From an uncultured delta proteobacterium (GTDB lineage Bacteria > Myxococcota_A > UBA9160 > UBA4427): DNA of 64,000 nt. This document shows, piece after piece, positions 10,697 to 22,229 of the stretch. The DNA lies in contig CAWGJT010000005.1 in NCBI GenBank assembly GCA_963822965.1, positions 1,344,001 through 1,408,000 on the forward strand, given 5' to 3'. Positions within the stretch are counted from its first letter, which is position 1; each line of letters starts with the position of its first letter. The notes under the pieces were generated by a model. The model did no database searches. It saw nothing but the letters and a program-made list of their open reading frames with translations, and was not told where the DNA came from. A program made the position numbers and the translations under genes.

Positions 10697-11127
10697 AGAT
10701 CGCGGACGTGCAGATCCTGTTCTACGCGATCGACCCCACCTCTGAACTCCATCCCGCCGCGGCTCGCTGGCTCGAGGATTCGATCAGCGGACGTGAAGGC
10801 GTAGGCTTGGCCTGGCCCACGGTGCACCAGTTCCTCCGCCTTGGCACGAACCCCGCCTTTCCGGGTTGCATGTCCGACGACGAGGCCATCGGCTGGGTCG
10901 AGGAGTGGCTCGAGGCAGGCGTCCAACTCGTTTCTGACGCCGACCTCGGCTGGGACCTGCTGTCGGAGCTGGTCGCCGCGTCACCGCGGGTACTGCGCAA
11001 CGCGGTCGAGGTTGTGCACCTCGCTGCGATTGCGATCTCGCGAGGCGCGACGCTCGCCTCGTGCGATTCGGACTTCGAGGCGTTCGTAGCTCATGGACTC
11101 CGATGGGAGCAGATCGCTACGACCTGA
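10693..11127 (+). CDS. vapC: PIN-domain toxin (VapC-like)
   Basis: IADVQILFYA, HLAAIAISRGATLASCDSDF. Confidence 0.85.
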   Translation: MKIADVQILFYAIDPTSELHPAAARWLEDSISGREGVGLAWPTVHQFLRLGTNPAFPGCMSDDEAIGWVEEWLEAGVQLVSDADLGWDLLSELVAASPRVLRNAVEVVHLAAIAISRGATLASCDSDFEAFVAHGLRWEQIATT

Positions 11128-11155
11128 AAGAGCTGGCACGCCGGGAGCAATCAGG

Positions 11156-11173
11156 GCGAATAGGGGATTCAAA
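11156..11173 (-). other. IS91/ISCR-type oriIS-like terminus
   Basis: Minus strand reads TTTGAATCCCCTATTCGC. Confidence 0.45.
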
Positions 11174-11584
11174 TTGGGGCCCCTGCGTGTGACGCCCCCA
11201 GACCATCCGCACTCCGTCTCGAGCCGCCGTTCCCTGCCGGATTCGGCACGGGGGCTGCCGTGATTCGCAGACCCTGCCGCCGGCCACGCGCTGCCGTGGA
11301 GCAGGATGAGAGGCGTGTGGCATCGCGCTTGCAAAGGCGATGATGTCCAGAGCCGCCGATTGGTCGGGGCGAAGGGGTTCCCCCCGTGGCTCGAGCGGCG
11401 TAGCTCGCGCACATGACCACGATGTCCCGACGGCCCCCTTGCGTCCGGAACCCGGAGGCGCGGGAGCCGGCGAGACTCGAGGCGTTCCCGCTCCAGGCTG
11501 CGCTGGCCGAGCGGGAGACGGGCGGGCCGGCAAGACGAGACGGAAGGCAAGAAGAGAGGCCAAGGGAAGGCAGGAGGACAGTCG

Positions 11585-12145
11585 ATGACCAGACGAGTTC
11601 TGCCCCTGATCGCAATGATCCTGCTGACGACGACGAACACGGCGTTCGCCCAGGACGACGACTGGTCGGACGACGAGCACAGAGACGATTACAAAGAGGA
11701 GATCACGCCGGCCAAGGACACGGCGCCCTACGTGGAGCTCCTGGGCTCGGGCGGCGCCGTCGACCACCAAGGTCTCACCCGGGTGGATCCCGGTGATGGC
11801 GTCGGCGGAGTGGGCGCCGTCGTCGGCGGTCACCTCCAGACGTGGCTCGCGATCGAAGGCGAGTACGAGCTCGTGGCGCCCAACGCGACGCACCTCGCGA
11901 CTTGCAGCTTCAAGTTCGTGCCAATCCCCGACAGCCGACTGCAGCCGTACCTCAAGGCGGGTATCGGTCTCTTGGGCGGCGCCGACCGCGACCACCCATA
12001 CCGATTCCTCGGCCGCTTCGACGCCGGCGCGGCGTTCTTCATCAAGAGCAACCTCGCGCTCGATGTCGGCATCACGGCGGGCGTCGCGACGCACGACAAG
12101 CAGGTCTATCTGGGCAATCTCGGCCTGATCTACTATTTCGAATAG
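11585..12145 (+). CDS. Outer-membrane beta-barrel protein
   Basis: Signal peptide (TAFA), QPYLKAGIG, aromatic C-terminus LIYYFE. Confidence 0.7.
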   Translation: MTRRVLPLIAMILLTTTNTAFAQDDDWSDDEHRDDYKEEITPAKDTAPYVELLGSGGAVDHQGLTRVDPGDGVGGVGAVVGGHLQTWLAIEGEYELVAPNATHLATCSFKFVPIPDSRLQPYLKAGIGLLGGADRDHPYRFLGRFDAGAAFFIKSNLALDVGITAGVATHDKQVYLGNLGLIYYFE

Positions 12146-12162
12146 AGGCGGGAGGCGCTTTC

Positions 12163-12272
12163 GAATAGGGCCGCAGGCGCTCGAATGAGGTCGCAGGTGC
12201 TTCGCGCAGGGGCTAGGCGGTCTCGCCGGTAGTGGCCTTATGTCAAACCCGTGCGGGTGGCCGGCGGCAGGG
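12163..12272 (-). repeat. Divergent, longer mini-element copy
   Basis: GGTAGTGGCCTTATGTCAAACCCGTGCGGGTGGCCGGCGGCAGG; GAATAGGG at the other end. Confidence 0.6.
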
Positions 12273-12658
12273 CCTTCGTCGAGGCGGTCCGGCGCGCCGC
12301 CACGAACCTCCGCCCCGCCTGAGCCGGTACCCACGCGCTCGGCGCAGGCCAAGGTGCGGGCGTCGCCCGAGACCGCGCCGAGCTGGCGCTGGAGTGAGGC
12401 CCCAGAGCCGGGGCGCCCAGTATCCAGCGGTACTGGTAGTGATTCTGCTCTTTCGTGTGGGTCGCTGCCCGCGGTGCGGGTCTCTCCTCCAGGGTCGCGA
12501 GATCTGGGGTGGGAGGATCACGATCCCATGGTCGTTCCGGTCGACGTGCAGCGACTGTGGCTGGGACGAGTCGAGCGAGGAAAGAGAGGCACCGTAGGGG
12601 CTTCGATGGGGACACGACGGTGGACGTGTACTTCGTCGTTCTGTTCGGCCTGTTGCTG

Positions 12659-12689
12659 TATGTCAAACCCGTCCGGGGTCCCGGCGGCG
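12659..12689 (-). repeat. Partial mini-element (hairpin end)
   Basis: TATGTCAAACCCGTCCGGGGTCCCGGCGGCG. Confidence 0.75.
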
Positions 12690-12875
12690 TGTCCTGCTGG
12701 CGCTGGAGTGGCGCGCAGCGGAGCACACTTCACTCTCGCTCGGCGTCGGTGATCGCCGAGGACGAGCGCCAGGCTGGTCGCCAGCAGCGACAGCGTCCCC
12801 GGCTCGGGTACGACGCGGAACCAGTCGACTTCTCCGACGAATCCGAAGTGAGCGCCGTCTCCCTGGAACTCGTGT
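12690..12875 (-). pseudogene. PEP-CTERM C-terminal fragment
   Basis: VVPEPGTLSLLATSLALVLGDHRRRAR. Confidence 0.65.
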
Positions 12876-12929
12876 ACGGGGTCGCTAGGCGCCGGATCCG
12901 TCAGGTGAAGGCCACGACCGGCCAGTCGT

Positions 12930-13010
12930 CTCGACGAGGTCGGTCTGATCCACGCGAACGCGAGGGTACTGGATCCCATGGTCGACCAGTTCCTGTCCAG
13001 AGACCCGCTT
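12930..13010 (+). pseudogene. Second, very short Rhs core fragment
   Basis: LDEVGLIHANARVLDPMVDQFLSRDP, closely similar to the Rhs at 5372-6113. Confidence 0.75.
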
Positions 13011-13027
13011 GCGATGCCTGTGATTCC

Positions 13028-13189
13028 TGAACCGCCCCGGGTTCTTCGGAGCCTCGGTTGGTTGGGTTCCGCCGCCGTGACGGACTCCTGTTGCTGCTGA
13101 AGGTACAAGGTTTCGAACTCGGCGGGCGGCACGTGGCCAATCGGTTCGAGCAGCCTCTTGTGGTTGAACCAGTCGACCCAGGTCAGCTC
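13028..13189 (-). mobile_element. IS3-family right-end remnant
   Basis: TGAACCGCCCCGG terminus; WVDWFNHKRLLEPIGHVPPAEFE OrfB tail. Confidence 0.85.
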
Positions 13190-13449
13190 GGAAGGACTGA
13201 TGGGTCGTGAATGGAGGAGCGTGCAGGCCTGGAGCTCGAGCCGAGCGGGCGAGGCCGATTGCGATACGGTGCTGTTGCAGTCCGTGGTGCCGCCCCCCGG
13301 GTGTTGGACTGCGCCGCCGAGTGCCAGCTTCCGTCGTGGAAGATCCTCGTGTAGCTCGAGGTTGGTGTCCCGGAGGTGGACCGGGCCTGTGCGTATCGTG
13401 AGTTGACGGTGGACGGACCGGTGACGGTGATAGACTCCGTCCCCGATGC

Positions 13450-13695
13450 TGTCGCCTCACCGAACTCGTCGAGCGCTGTGAAGGGGCGGAGCTGCTCCCC
13501 CACCACGATGGCGTCGCGCGCCACCTCCTGGGCGCTCACCAGCCACGTCAGGAGGAAGAAGCCGCCGCCGAAGAGCGTGAGTATCGCGGGCACGTATGCG
13601 AGCCCGTTCACGCCGACGCCGAGCGCCGCGATGGCGAGCACCGTGGCTGCCCCGAAACCCGCGACATAGGCGCCGCGGTCGTCTGGAATGTTCAC
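13450..13695 (-). pseudogene. Membrane-anchored redoxin-like N-terminal fragment
   Basis: TM segments then VGEQLRPFTALDEFGE; similarity appears to stop there. Confidence 0.35.
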
Positions 13696-13871
13696 GGGGC
13701 GCCCTGCCTCGAATTGAAGGGTCTGATCGCCTTCTGAGATCTCATTCCGGCGCGTCGCGGAGCCACCGATCCGCTCTCGCGGTCCGCCCGGAAGCGCCTC
13801 CCGTCGGCTAGTATCGGAATTTCAGCCCCGGTCCGGGCCCCGGTCCCGCTCTCGATCGAAGGAGAATCCCG

Positions 13872-15182
13872 ATGCCCGTCCGCGCACGCCCTCCGGCGCT
13901 GACATGCCCCCCCGCGCCGGGACATCCCCCGACGTCCCGACGCGCGTGCGTCGGGCTCGGATTGGCCGCCCTGGTCGCAAGCCTCGCCGGCCTGATCGCG
14001 TGCAGCCCGGAAGCCCCGCCGCCGCCGCCGCCGCCCGAGATCGAGGTCGTCTCCGTCCTGCAGCGGGACCAACCCCTCGAGATGGAGATGGTGGGCGAGA
14101 CGCGGGGCTCCGCCGACATCCCCGTGCGCGCGCGGGTCGAGGGCGTGCTCGAGAAGATGAACTTCGTCGAGGGCGGCGACGTCGAGAAGGGCCAGCTCCT
14201 CTACGTGATCGAGTCCGACCCCTTCGACTCTGAGGTCGTCGAGGCCGAGGGCGCCAAGGCCGAAGTCGACACCGCGCTCGCGAAGGCGAAGGCGGACCTC
14301 GATCGGATCAAGCCGCTGGCCGAGATGAAGGCCGTCAGCCAGTCGGATCTCGACGGCGCGGTCGCGCAATACGAAGCGGCGCTGGGCGCCCTCCAATCCG
14401 CGAAGGCGCGGGTCGAGCAGGCGAAGATCCGCCAGGCCTATACCCGGATCCGCGCGCCGATCTCGGGCCGCATCGGGATCACCGCAGCCCAGGTCGGCGA
14501 GTTCGTGGGCAGGGCGCCCAACCCGGTCGTTCTGAACTACGTCTCCCAGACCGATCCGATTCGGGTCCGCTTCTCGATCGACGAGCGGACCTACATGCTG
14601 CTCGCTCGCAAGATCCGCGAGGCTGATGCGCGATCCGAGGACGAGCGGCGCGCCAGCCGGGATCTCCGGCTCACCCTGGCCGACGGGCGCGAGCATCCGC
14701 TGCCTGGACGTCTGGTCGCCACCGACGCCTCGATCGACCCCAAGACCGGCACCTTCACCCTCGAGGCCGACTTCCCGAATCCCGATCGACTCGTGCTCGC
14801 GGGCCAGTTCGCCCGGGTGCGCGCCGTCGCCGACGTCCTCGAGGGCGCGCTGCTCGTGCCGAGTCGCGCGGTCAGCGAGCTCCAGGGCAACTACCGCCTC
14901 TACGTCGTGAACGACAAGGGCATCGTCGACCAGCGGCAGGTGGAGCTCGGCCCGGCGATTGGCGACCTCCAGGTCATCCAATCGGGCCTCGCGGCGGGCG
15001 AACACGTCGCGATCGAATTCATGAAGCTGCGCCCCGGCATGAAGGTGACGCCGAAGCTCGTCACCCTCGACGCGAGCGGCGCGCTCCCGAAGGAGGACGA
15101 GCTTCCGCCGAAGGACGCCGGGAAGGCGCCGAAGACGCCCGCCTCCGAAGAGTCCCCGGGTCCCGAGAAGAAGGCGAGCTGA
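13872..15182 (+). CDS. RND efflux periplasmic adaptor subunit
   Basis: Lipobox LIAC; VRARVEG, IRAPISGRIG, IDPKTGT. Confidence 0.92.
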   Translation: MPVRARPPALTCPPAPGHPPTSRRACVGLGLAALVASLAGLIACSPEAPPPPPPPEIEVVSVLQRDQPLEMEMVGETRGSADIPVRARVEGVLEKMNFVEGGDVEKGQLLYVIESDPFDSEVVEAEGAKAEVDTALAKAKADLDRIKPLAEMKAVSQSDLDGAVAQYEAALGALQSAKARVEQAKIRQAYTRIRAPISGRIGITAAQVGEFVGRAPNPVVLNYVSQTDPIRVRFSIDERTYMLLARKIREADARSEDERRASRDLRLTLADGREHPLPGRLVATDASIDPKTGTFTLEADFPNPDRLVLAGQFARVRAVADVLEGALLVPSRAVSELQGNYRLYVVNDKGIVDQRQVELGPAIGDLQVIQSGLAAGEHVAIEFMKLRPGMKVTPKLVTLDASGALPKEDELPPKDAGKAPKTPASEESPGPEKKAS

Positions 15183-15185
15183 TTC

Positions 15186-18100
15186 GTGGCGGAGTTCTTC
15201 GTCCGGCGCCCGATCGTGGCGATCGTGATCGCGATCGTGATCGTGATCGTGGGGTTGGTCGCGCTCCGTGGCCTCCCGATCGCCCAGTATCCCGACATCA
15301 CGCCGCCGATGGTGAACGTCACCGCCAACTACACGGGCGCGAACGCCACCAGCGTCGAGCAGTCCGTCGCGACGCCGATCGAGCAGAAGGTCAACGGCGT
15401 CGAGGACATGATCTACATGAAGTCGATCAACTCGAGCGACGGCAAGATGTCGCTCGAGGTCTCCTTCGAGGTCGGCACCGATCTCGACATGGCCAACGTG
15501 CTGACGCAGAACCGCGTCTCCGAGGCCTCGGCAGTGCTGCCCGACGAGGTGAAGCGCCAGGGCGTCACGGTCAAGAAGAAGCTCTCCTTCCCGCTGCTCC
15601 TGATCTCCCTCGAATCTCCGAACCACACCTACGACGACCGCTTCCTCGCGAACTACGCGACCATCAACATCATCGACGAGATCGCCCGCATCCAGGGCGT
15701 CGGTCTCACCGAGGTCTTCGGCGGCAGCTCGACCGAGTACGCCATGCGCGTCTGGGTTCGGCCCGATCAGCTCGCCAAGCTGAACCTCACGATCGCCGAC
15801 CTGCAGCGCGCGATCCAGGAACAGAACGTGCTGGTCCCGGCCGGCCAGCTCGGCGGCCCGCCGGCCCCCAAGAACACCGAGTTCACCTACACCGTCAGCA
15901 CCTCGGGCCGCTTCGCGACCGAGGCCGAGTTCGGAAACGTCGTCGTCCGCTCGAATCCCGACGGCTCCCAGGTCCTGCTGCGCGACGTCGCACGAATCGA
16001 GCTCGGCTCCCAGAACTACATGATGACGACGCGCACGAACGGCCAGCGCACCGCCGTGATCTCGGTCTACCAGCTCCCCGACGCCAACGGCCTCGAGGTC
16101 GCCCGCTCGATCAAGTCGACGATGGAGCGCGTCTCCCAGCGCTTCCCGAACGACATCCAGTACTCGATCTCCCTCGATACGACGAAGCCGATCGTCGCCG
16201 GCATCCGGGAGATCGTGATCACGCTCTTCGAGGCGGTCGTCCTCGTGATCCTGGTCGTCTTCCTCTTCCTGCAGAACTTTCGCTCGACCCTGATCCCGAC
16301 GCTCACCGTGCCGGTCTCGTTGATCGGCGCCTTCGCGGTCTTCCCCTTCCTCGGCTTCACCGATCAACACGCTCTCCCTGCTGGGCCTCGTCCTCGCGAT
16401 CGGAACCGTCGTCGACGACGCGATCGTGGTGGTCGAGTCGGTCGCGACCAAGATGGAGGGGGGGCTCTCGGCGCGCGAACGCCACGATCGCAGCGATGAA
16501 GGAGGTCTCGGGGCCGATCGTCGCGACCTCGCTCGTCCTGATCGCGGTCTTCGTGCCCGTCGCGGCGATGGCCGGCATCACGGGCCGCCTCTATCAGCAG
16601 TTCGCCATCACGATCGCGATCTCGGTCGCGATCTCCTCGATCAACGCCCTGACGCTCAGCCCCGCCCTGGCCGCCTCGCTCCTGAAGCCGCCCGGCGAGA
16701 CGAAGAGCGTCTTCGACCGGTTCTTCGCCGCCTTCAACCGTGGCTTCGCGGTCCTGACCGATCGCTTCATGAGCGTCGCCGTATTCTTCACGAGCAAGCT
16801 CGTCCGCTCGGGCGCTCTGCTCGCCGCGCTCGTCGTGGCCCTCGTGCTGCTCTTCCGGCTCGTGCCCAGCGGCTTCGTTCCCGAGGAGGACCAGGGCTAC
16901 CTGCTCGGCGCCGTCATGTTGCCCGACGCCGCCTCGCTCCAGCGCACCGAGGAGGTCACGCTTCAGGCCTCCCGGATCATCCAGGAATTCGACGCCGTCG
17001 AGAGCGTCGTCACCATCTCGGGCTACAGCCTCGTGTCGGGCACCGTGCAGCCCAACTCGGGCTTCATCTTCGTCCAGCTGAAGGACTGGGACGAGCGGCC
17101 CGAGGCCGAGGACCACGCGCGCAACATCGTGCGCCGCCTGAACGCCGCCTTCGCGACCCGGATCCAGCAGGGTGCCGCCTTCGCCTTCGGCCCGCCGGCG
17201 ATCCCCGGCCTCGGCACCGGCGCCGGCTTCTCGATGATGCTCCAGGATCGCGGCGGCAATGATCCCGCCTACCTCGACGAACAGGTCCAGCGCTTCGTCC
17301 AGGCCGCGCGCGCGCGCCCCGAGATCGGCCGCGCCAGCAGCCTCTTCCGCGCCAGCGTGCCCCAGGTCTTCCTCGACATCGACGAGTCGAAGACCCTCAA
17401 GCTCGGCGTCCCGCTCGACCAGGTGAACACCGCGATCGGCGCCTTCCTCGGCGGCGCCTACGTGAACGACTTCAACCGCTTCGGTCGGCTCTACAAGGTC
17501 TACGTCCAGGCCGAGCCCGAATACCGGACGGACGTGAACTCGCTGCGCTTCTTCTACGCGCGCAACCAGGACGGCGGCATGGTGCCGCTCTCGACCCTCG
17601 TCTCGACGAGCCGCACCCGGGGCGCCGAATACACGAACCGCTTCAACCTCTTCCGATCCGCAGAGGTCCAGGGCCAGGCCGCGCCCGGATACAGCTCGAG
17701 CCAGGCCCTCGCCGCCCTCGAAGAGGTCGCCGCCGAGACGCTGCCCCCCGACATGTCCTACGCCTGGAACGCGATGAGCTACCAGGAGAAGGCCGCCGAA
17801 GGCAGCGGCAGCGTCGTCTTCGTCATGGCGCTGGTCTTCGTCTTCCTGATCCTCGCGGCGCAATACGAGAGCTGGTCGCTCCCCCTCTCGGTCCTGCTCG
17901 GCGTCCCGATCGCCGTCTTCGGCGCGATGGCAGGCCTGTGGATTTCGCGGCTCTTCAGCGAGAGCTACGAGAACAACGTCTTCGCCCAGATCGGGCTGGT
18001 CATGCTGATCGGCATGTCCGCCAAGAACGCGATCCTGATCGTCGAGTTCGCCAAGATGCAGCGCGACGCCGGTATGAGTGCGGTGGACGCCGCCCTCGAG

Positions 18101-18394
18101 GCCGCGCGCCAGCGCTTCCGCCCGATCCTGATGACCGCGTTCTCCTTCATCCTCGGCGTGCTGCCGCTGCTGGTCGCGACCGGTGCCGGCGCCGAGGCGC
18201 GCAAGGTGATGGGCATGACCGTCTTCTCCGGCATGCTCGTCGCGACCGTCGTCGGCGTGCTCGTCGTGCCCGCCCTCTACATCTTCGTCGAACGCTACGT
18301 CGCGCGGTCCGAGAGCGGGAGCCCGGAACCCCAGGCCGGCGGTAGCGGGGATGGCGGCTCGAATCCCGAGAACGCCGGAGGGAGCGCGACATGA
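15186..18394 (+). CDS. RND efflux permease (AcrB family) with two apparent frameshifts near 16360 and 16480
   Basis: FFVRRP, AQYPDITPP, VVDDAIVVVE, KNAILIVEFA, RFRPILMT spread over three frames. Confidence 0.88.
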
Positions 18395-19846
18395 AGCGCT
18401 GCGCGTTCGTCGCTCTCGCGTCTATCGCGTCGCTCGCCGTTTTCGCCGGCTGCGCCCTCACGCCCGACTACGAGCGGCCCGAGCTCGAATCTGCCCGAGT
18501 CGTTCATCGGGGCGCCCCCGACCCAGGAGTCGATCGCGAATCTGAAGTGGTGGGAGCTCTACAAGGACGCCACCCTGATCGAGCTGATCGAGCAAGCCCT
18601 CGAAAACAACCAGGACCTCGCCCTCGCGATGGCGCGCATGCAGGAGTTCGAATCCCTCGTCACCTTCACCCGCGCCGACCAGTTCCCCTTCCTCAACCTG
18701 TTCGACGGCGCCGGACGCGGCCGCCCGAGCCGCGAGATCGTCCCTGGCGCCGATACCAACAGCAATTTCTCGGTCGGCGCCAACCTGAGCTTCGAGATCG
18801 ACCTCTGGCGCAAGTATGCCCGTGCGACCGAGGCCGCCCGCGCCGATCTCCTCGCGACCGAAGCCGCCTACCGCAACGTCACCATCAGCCTGATCGGCGA
18901 CGTCGCGAGCGGCTATCTCCTGCTGCGGGATCTCGACGCACGGCTCGAAATCTCACGGCGAACCGCCCAGGGTCGGCGCGACCGCCTCGAGATCATCCAG
19001 GCCCGCTACGACAAGGGCACCGTGCCGGTGCTCGACGTGAATCAGGCCGAAGTTCAGCTCGCGATCGCCGAAGCGTCCATCGCGCTCTACGAACGCCAGG
19101 TCGCCCAGGCCGAACACGCCCTACGCGTGCTGCTCGGCGAGTACCCCGGCCCCATCCCGCGCGGCGAGCCCATCCGGCCGGACACCTGGCCGATCGATGT
19201 CCCCGCCGGCCTGCCCTCGGAGCTCCTCGAACGTCGCCCCGACCTCGTCGAGGCCGAGCAGCGATTCGCGGCCGAGACCGATCGCATCGGTGTCGCCCAG
19301 GCCATGCGCTTCCCCGCGCTCTCGCTCACCGCCGAGGCGAGCGTCGTCGCCAAGAGCCTGACCGACTTGAACTCCACCGACGCCGGCCAGTGGAACGTAA
19401 TGGCGGGCATCTTCCAGCCCCTCTTCAACAGCGGACAGCTGAAGGCCCAGAAGGAGGCGCAGGTCGCGCGCGCCGAGCAGGCCCGCGCCCGCTACATCGG
19501 AACCCTGCAGAACGCGTTCCGCGAGGTCGAGGACTCGCTCGTCGAAGTCGAGACCTACCGGCGCGAGCGCGAGGCGCGGGATCGACAGGTGAGGGCCGCG
19601 CGGAGCGTGCTGCGGCTCTCGCAAGCGCGCTACGACGGAGGCGTCGTCGATTATCTCGAGGTGCTCGACAGCGAGCGGACCTTGTTCGACGCGGAGCTCG
19701 AGGAGTCGTCCGTACGAAGGCAGTCGCTGACGGCGTACGTGAGGCTCTACAAGGCGTTGGGTGGGGGATGGGAGGAGGAGGAGAACGGCGAAGCGGAGGC
19801 AGCGCCACAAGCCGACGAATCGGGAGCGTCAGCCGACACGCCCTGA
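18391..19846 (+). CDS. Outer-membrane efflux lipoprotein (NodT/OprM family) with frameshift near 18490
   Basis: FAGC lipobox + PDYERP; EIDLW, LLERRPDL, LYKALGGGW. Confidence 0.88.
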
Positions 19847-19991
19847 GCGATCGACCTGGGACGTCGACTCCCCGTCGTATCAGCCCCCGGACCCAGGAAG
19901 CCTATCCGGGCTGGCAGCCGTGGATCAGTGGCGCGCGCCAGACGCTCGAGGCCCTCGTCTCGAGCCAGTGCAGCTCGGATCGCGCTCGGAT

Positions 19992-20730
19992 CTAGTTCGC
20001 ATACAGGAACGAGAGCTGGATCCGAAGCTGCCAGTCCGGGCCGATCGTCGGCGCCACGACGTGGTAGTAGGCCTCGACGGTCGTGCTCATCCGCTGGCCG
20101 GCGATGGCGAATACCTTGCCCACGCCGCCGCCGAGCGGCACCAGCCACTGGTCCTTCGTCCTCGCGTCCCAGTTCGCCGCGATGCTGGGGCTGGTCGTGA
20201 GGTACCAGCCCTGGGGCAGGTTGTAGTTGAGGAGCGGCCGCAGCGTCATCACGTCGACATCGGCGCGGTCCTCGTCGCCGGCGAACGACCAAAGCTGCTG
20301 GACGATGACACCCCCGACCCAGGGCCCACGGGTGTAGATGGCGGCGGCCGCGGGCCCGGCCGACCACTTCTCGGTCCCCAGCAGCTCGTCCGTCGCGGTG
20401 GGGAGCAGGAAGGCGGGACCCAGCCCCCATACGAAGCTCCGCGCCTCGCGCGGGGTGACGAACGCGATCAGCGAGATATCCCCCAGCCCGTCCTTGGACT
20501 CGGGCCAGGGAAGATGAACGATCGGGATGACGGGCCGCAGCAGGATCGTCCAGTCGTCTCCCGGCTCGAACGGGATGAGCGGCTGGATCCGGAAGAAGTT
20601 GAGGGCTTCGTGGTCCGGACCGAATCCCAACTGCACGTTGTCTTCGAAGCGCGCGACGTAGAAGCGCGTGACCGGGTTCTGATCCGCGATCGCCAGCTCC
20701 GTGAGGGTGGGCTCCTCGGCGTACGCTCCA
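19992..20730 (-). pseudogene. Outer-membrane/MetA-like protein of the so-called neuromedin U type, 5' uncertain or truncated
   Basis: QNPV, IQPLIP, GLGDI, PTATDELLGTEKWSAGP, PLGGGVGK, RIQLSFLY. Confidence 0.65.
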
Positions 20731-20823
20731 CCCGAGCTCCAACCACGACATGTACGGCTCGGGGCTCGGCTGCTTCGAGCAGGCCCTGCGCCACCCGAGC
20801 TTCGCCGCCCAGCAGGGCACGAG

Positions 20824-20860
20824 CCCGCCGCCGGAGCCACCCGCAGGGGATTGACACAAC
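20824..20860 (+). repeat. Half mini-element abutting a second copy
   Basis: CCCGCCGCCGGAGCCACCCGCAGGGGATTGACACAAC. Confidence 0.7.
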
Positions 20861-20940
20861 CCCGTCGCGGGCTCCCCGTAGGAGATCGACCTAACGCCCA
20901 TACTCCGGCTTCGAGCTGAAACCGAGCTTGCAGGCCTATC
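20861..20940 (+). repeat. Divergent mini-element, subfamily E
   Basis: CCCGTCGCGGG...GTAGGAGATCGAC...GAGCTGAAACCGAGCTTGCAGGCCTATC; direct repeat at 21988. Confidence 0.75.
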
Positions 20941-21065
20941 CGCTACGGGTTCATGCTGTGGCTGGCGCCCGTGGTCTCCCGGCGCCTCCTGAGAGGGTTT
21001 CGGGACCGGGCTCAGCTGCGCCCCGACGCCACCACGAACCCACAGCTGAAATGGGGAGTCGTCCC

Positions 21066-21716
21066 ATGCCCGAGGCCCGCGTCGCGAGCTTCAACATCGC
21101 CGACCTGCCGTGGCCCTTCGAAGACCCGGCGCTGCAGGCCATCCCGGACCGGGTCGCGCAGATCCGCAACGCCCTGGAAGCCTACGACTATCGCCTCGTG
21201 CAGGAGGACTGGTTCCAGCGCATGAACGGCCTGCCCTGCGGTCACTGGTACTGGTTTCCGAGCGGGCTGACCCTCGGCACGCCGGTCACGCATCCAGTGA
21301 CGAGCATCGGCTGCTTGCGACACGCGCGCTCGGGCTTCGCATCGGGCGACTGGCTGGCCCAGAAGGGATGGCAGCGGGCGACCTCCCAGGGCATCGTCTT
21401 CGCACACACCCACCTCGACGCGGGCGATGCGGACTGGATGTACCGCCAGGAGCAGGCCCTGGCCATTCGCGCGGCCCTGCCCTCCACCGGCCCGCTCGTG
21501 CTTGGCGGCGACTTCAACACCGAGAACCAGGGCGAACGCGACTGGCTGGACCAGAAGCTCGCCCAGATCGGCCTCGTTCACGCCTCGGCCCCGACCGCCA
21601 AGGGCAAGGACCACATCTACACGCGCGATCTCACGGTCAACGGCGCCGGCGCGGACGCGGCCTTGTCGGCCCTGAGCGACCACCCGGCGATCTGGGTCGA
21701 CGTCTCCTGGATCTGA
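21066..21716 (+). CDS. Endonuclease/exonuclease/phosphatase family protein
   Basis: SFNI, VQEDW, HTHLD, GGDFN, DHI, SDH motifs. Confidence 0.85.
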   Translation: MPEARVASFNIADLPWPFEDPALQAIPDRVAQIRNALEAYDYRLVQEDWFQRMNGLPCGHWYWFPSGLTLGTPVTHPVTSIGCLRHARSGFASGDWLAQKGWQRATSQGIVFAHTHLDAGDADWMYRQEQALAIRAALPSTGPLVLGGDFNTENQGERDWLDQKLAQIGLVHASAPTAKGKDHIYTRDLTVNGAGADAALSALSDHPAIWVDVSWI

Positions 21717-21987
21717 TCCAGCCCCACGCGCGCCCGCGCCTCGAACGGCCTCCGGCCCAGCGAACCTCGCCGCGCGAGCAGGAGCAGCAGGGGCCCGTCT
21801 TCGGGACCGTCGGCCAGGGCCTCGTCGCCCTCGACGGCAGCCCATCCATCGCCGAAGTGACGGGTCTGCGAGGTCAACCTGCCAACAGAGACGATCCTCG
21901 ACGCGTGGGGCACGGGGCCACGTCGCTCGCTCAGAGCGCGGCACGGCTCCGCACACCCCTTCGACCCGACGCACTCTTGCTCCGTCG

Positions 21988-22066
21988 CCCGTCGCGGGTT
22001 CCCCGTAGGAGATCGAACAACGCCCATACTCGGGAATCGAGCTGAAACCCAGCTTGAACGCCCTTC
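21988..22066 (+). repeat. Mini-element copy, subfamily E
   Basis: Imperfect direct repeat of 20861-20940. Confidence 0.75.
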
Positions 22067-22229
22067 CCCATCGGCTTCCGGGCACTTTCTCGCTGTCGTT
22101 CGGAGTCCGCCCGAGCCACCGCTCGCCGCATGCGGCGAGCGCCCAACGACCATCGCTGGCTTGGCGGCATCGAAGGACTCGCCGCGCGCATCCGGGGCGC
22201 CGTCGCAGTGCCACGTCGATCGATGGGCG

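Noticed and set aside
13692..17863. Long minus-strand ORFs over the RND genes
   Set aside because: Antisense shadows typical of high-GC coding DNA.
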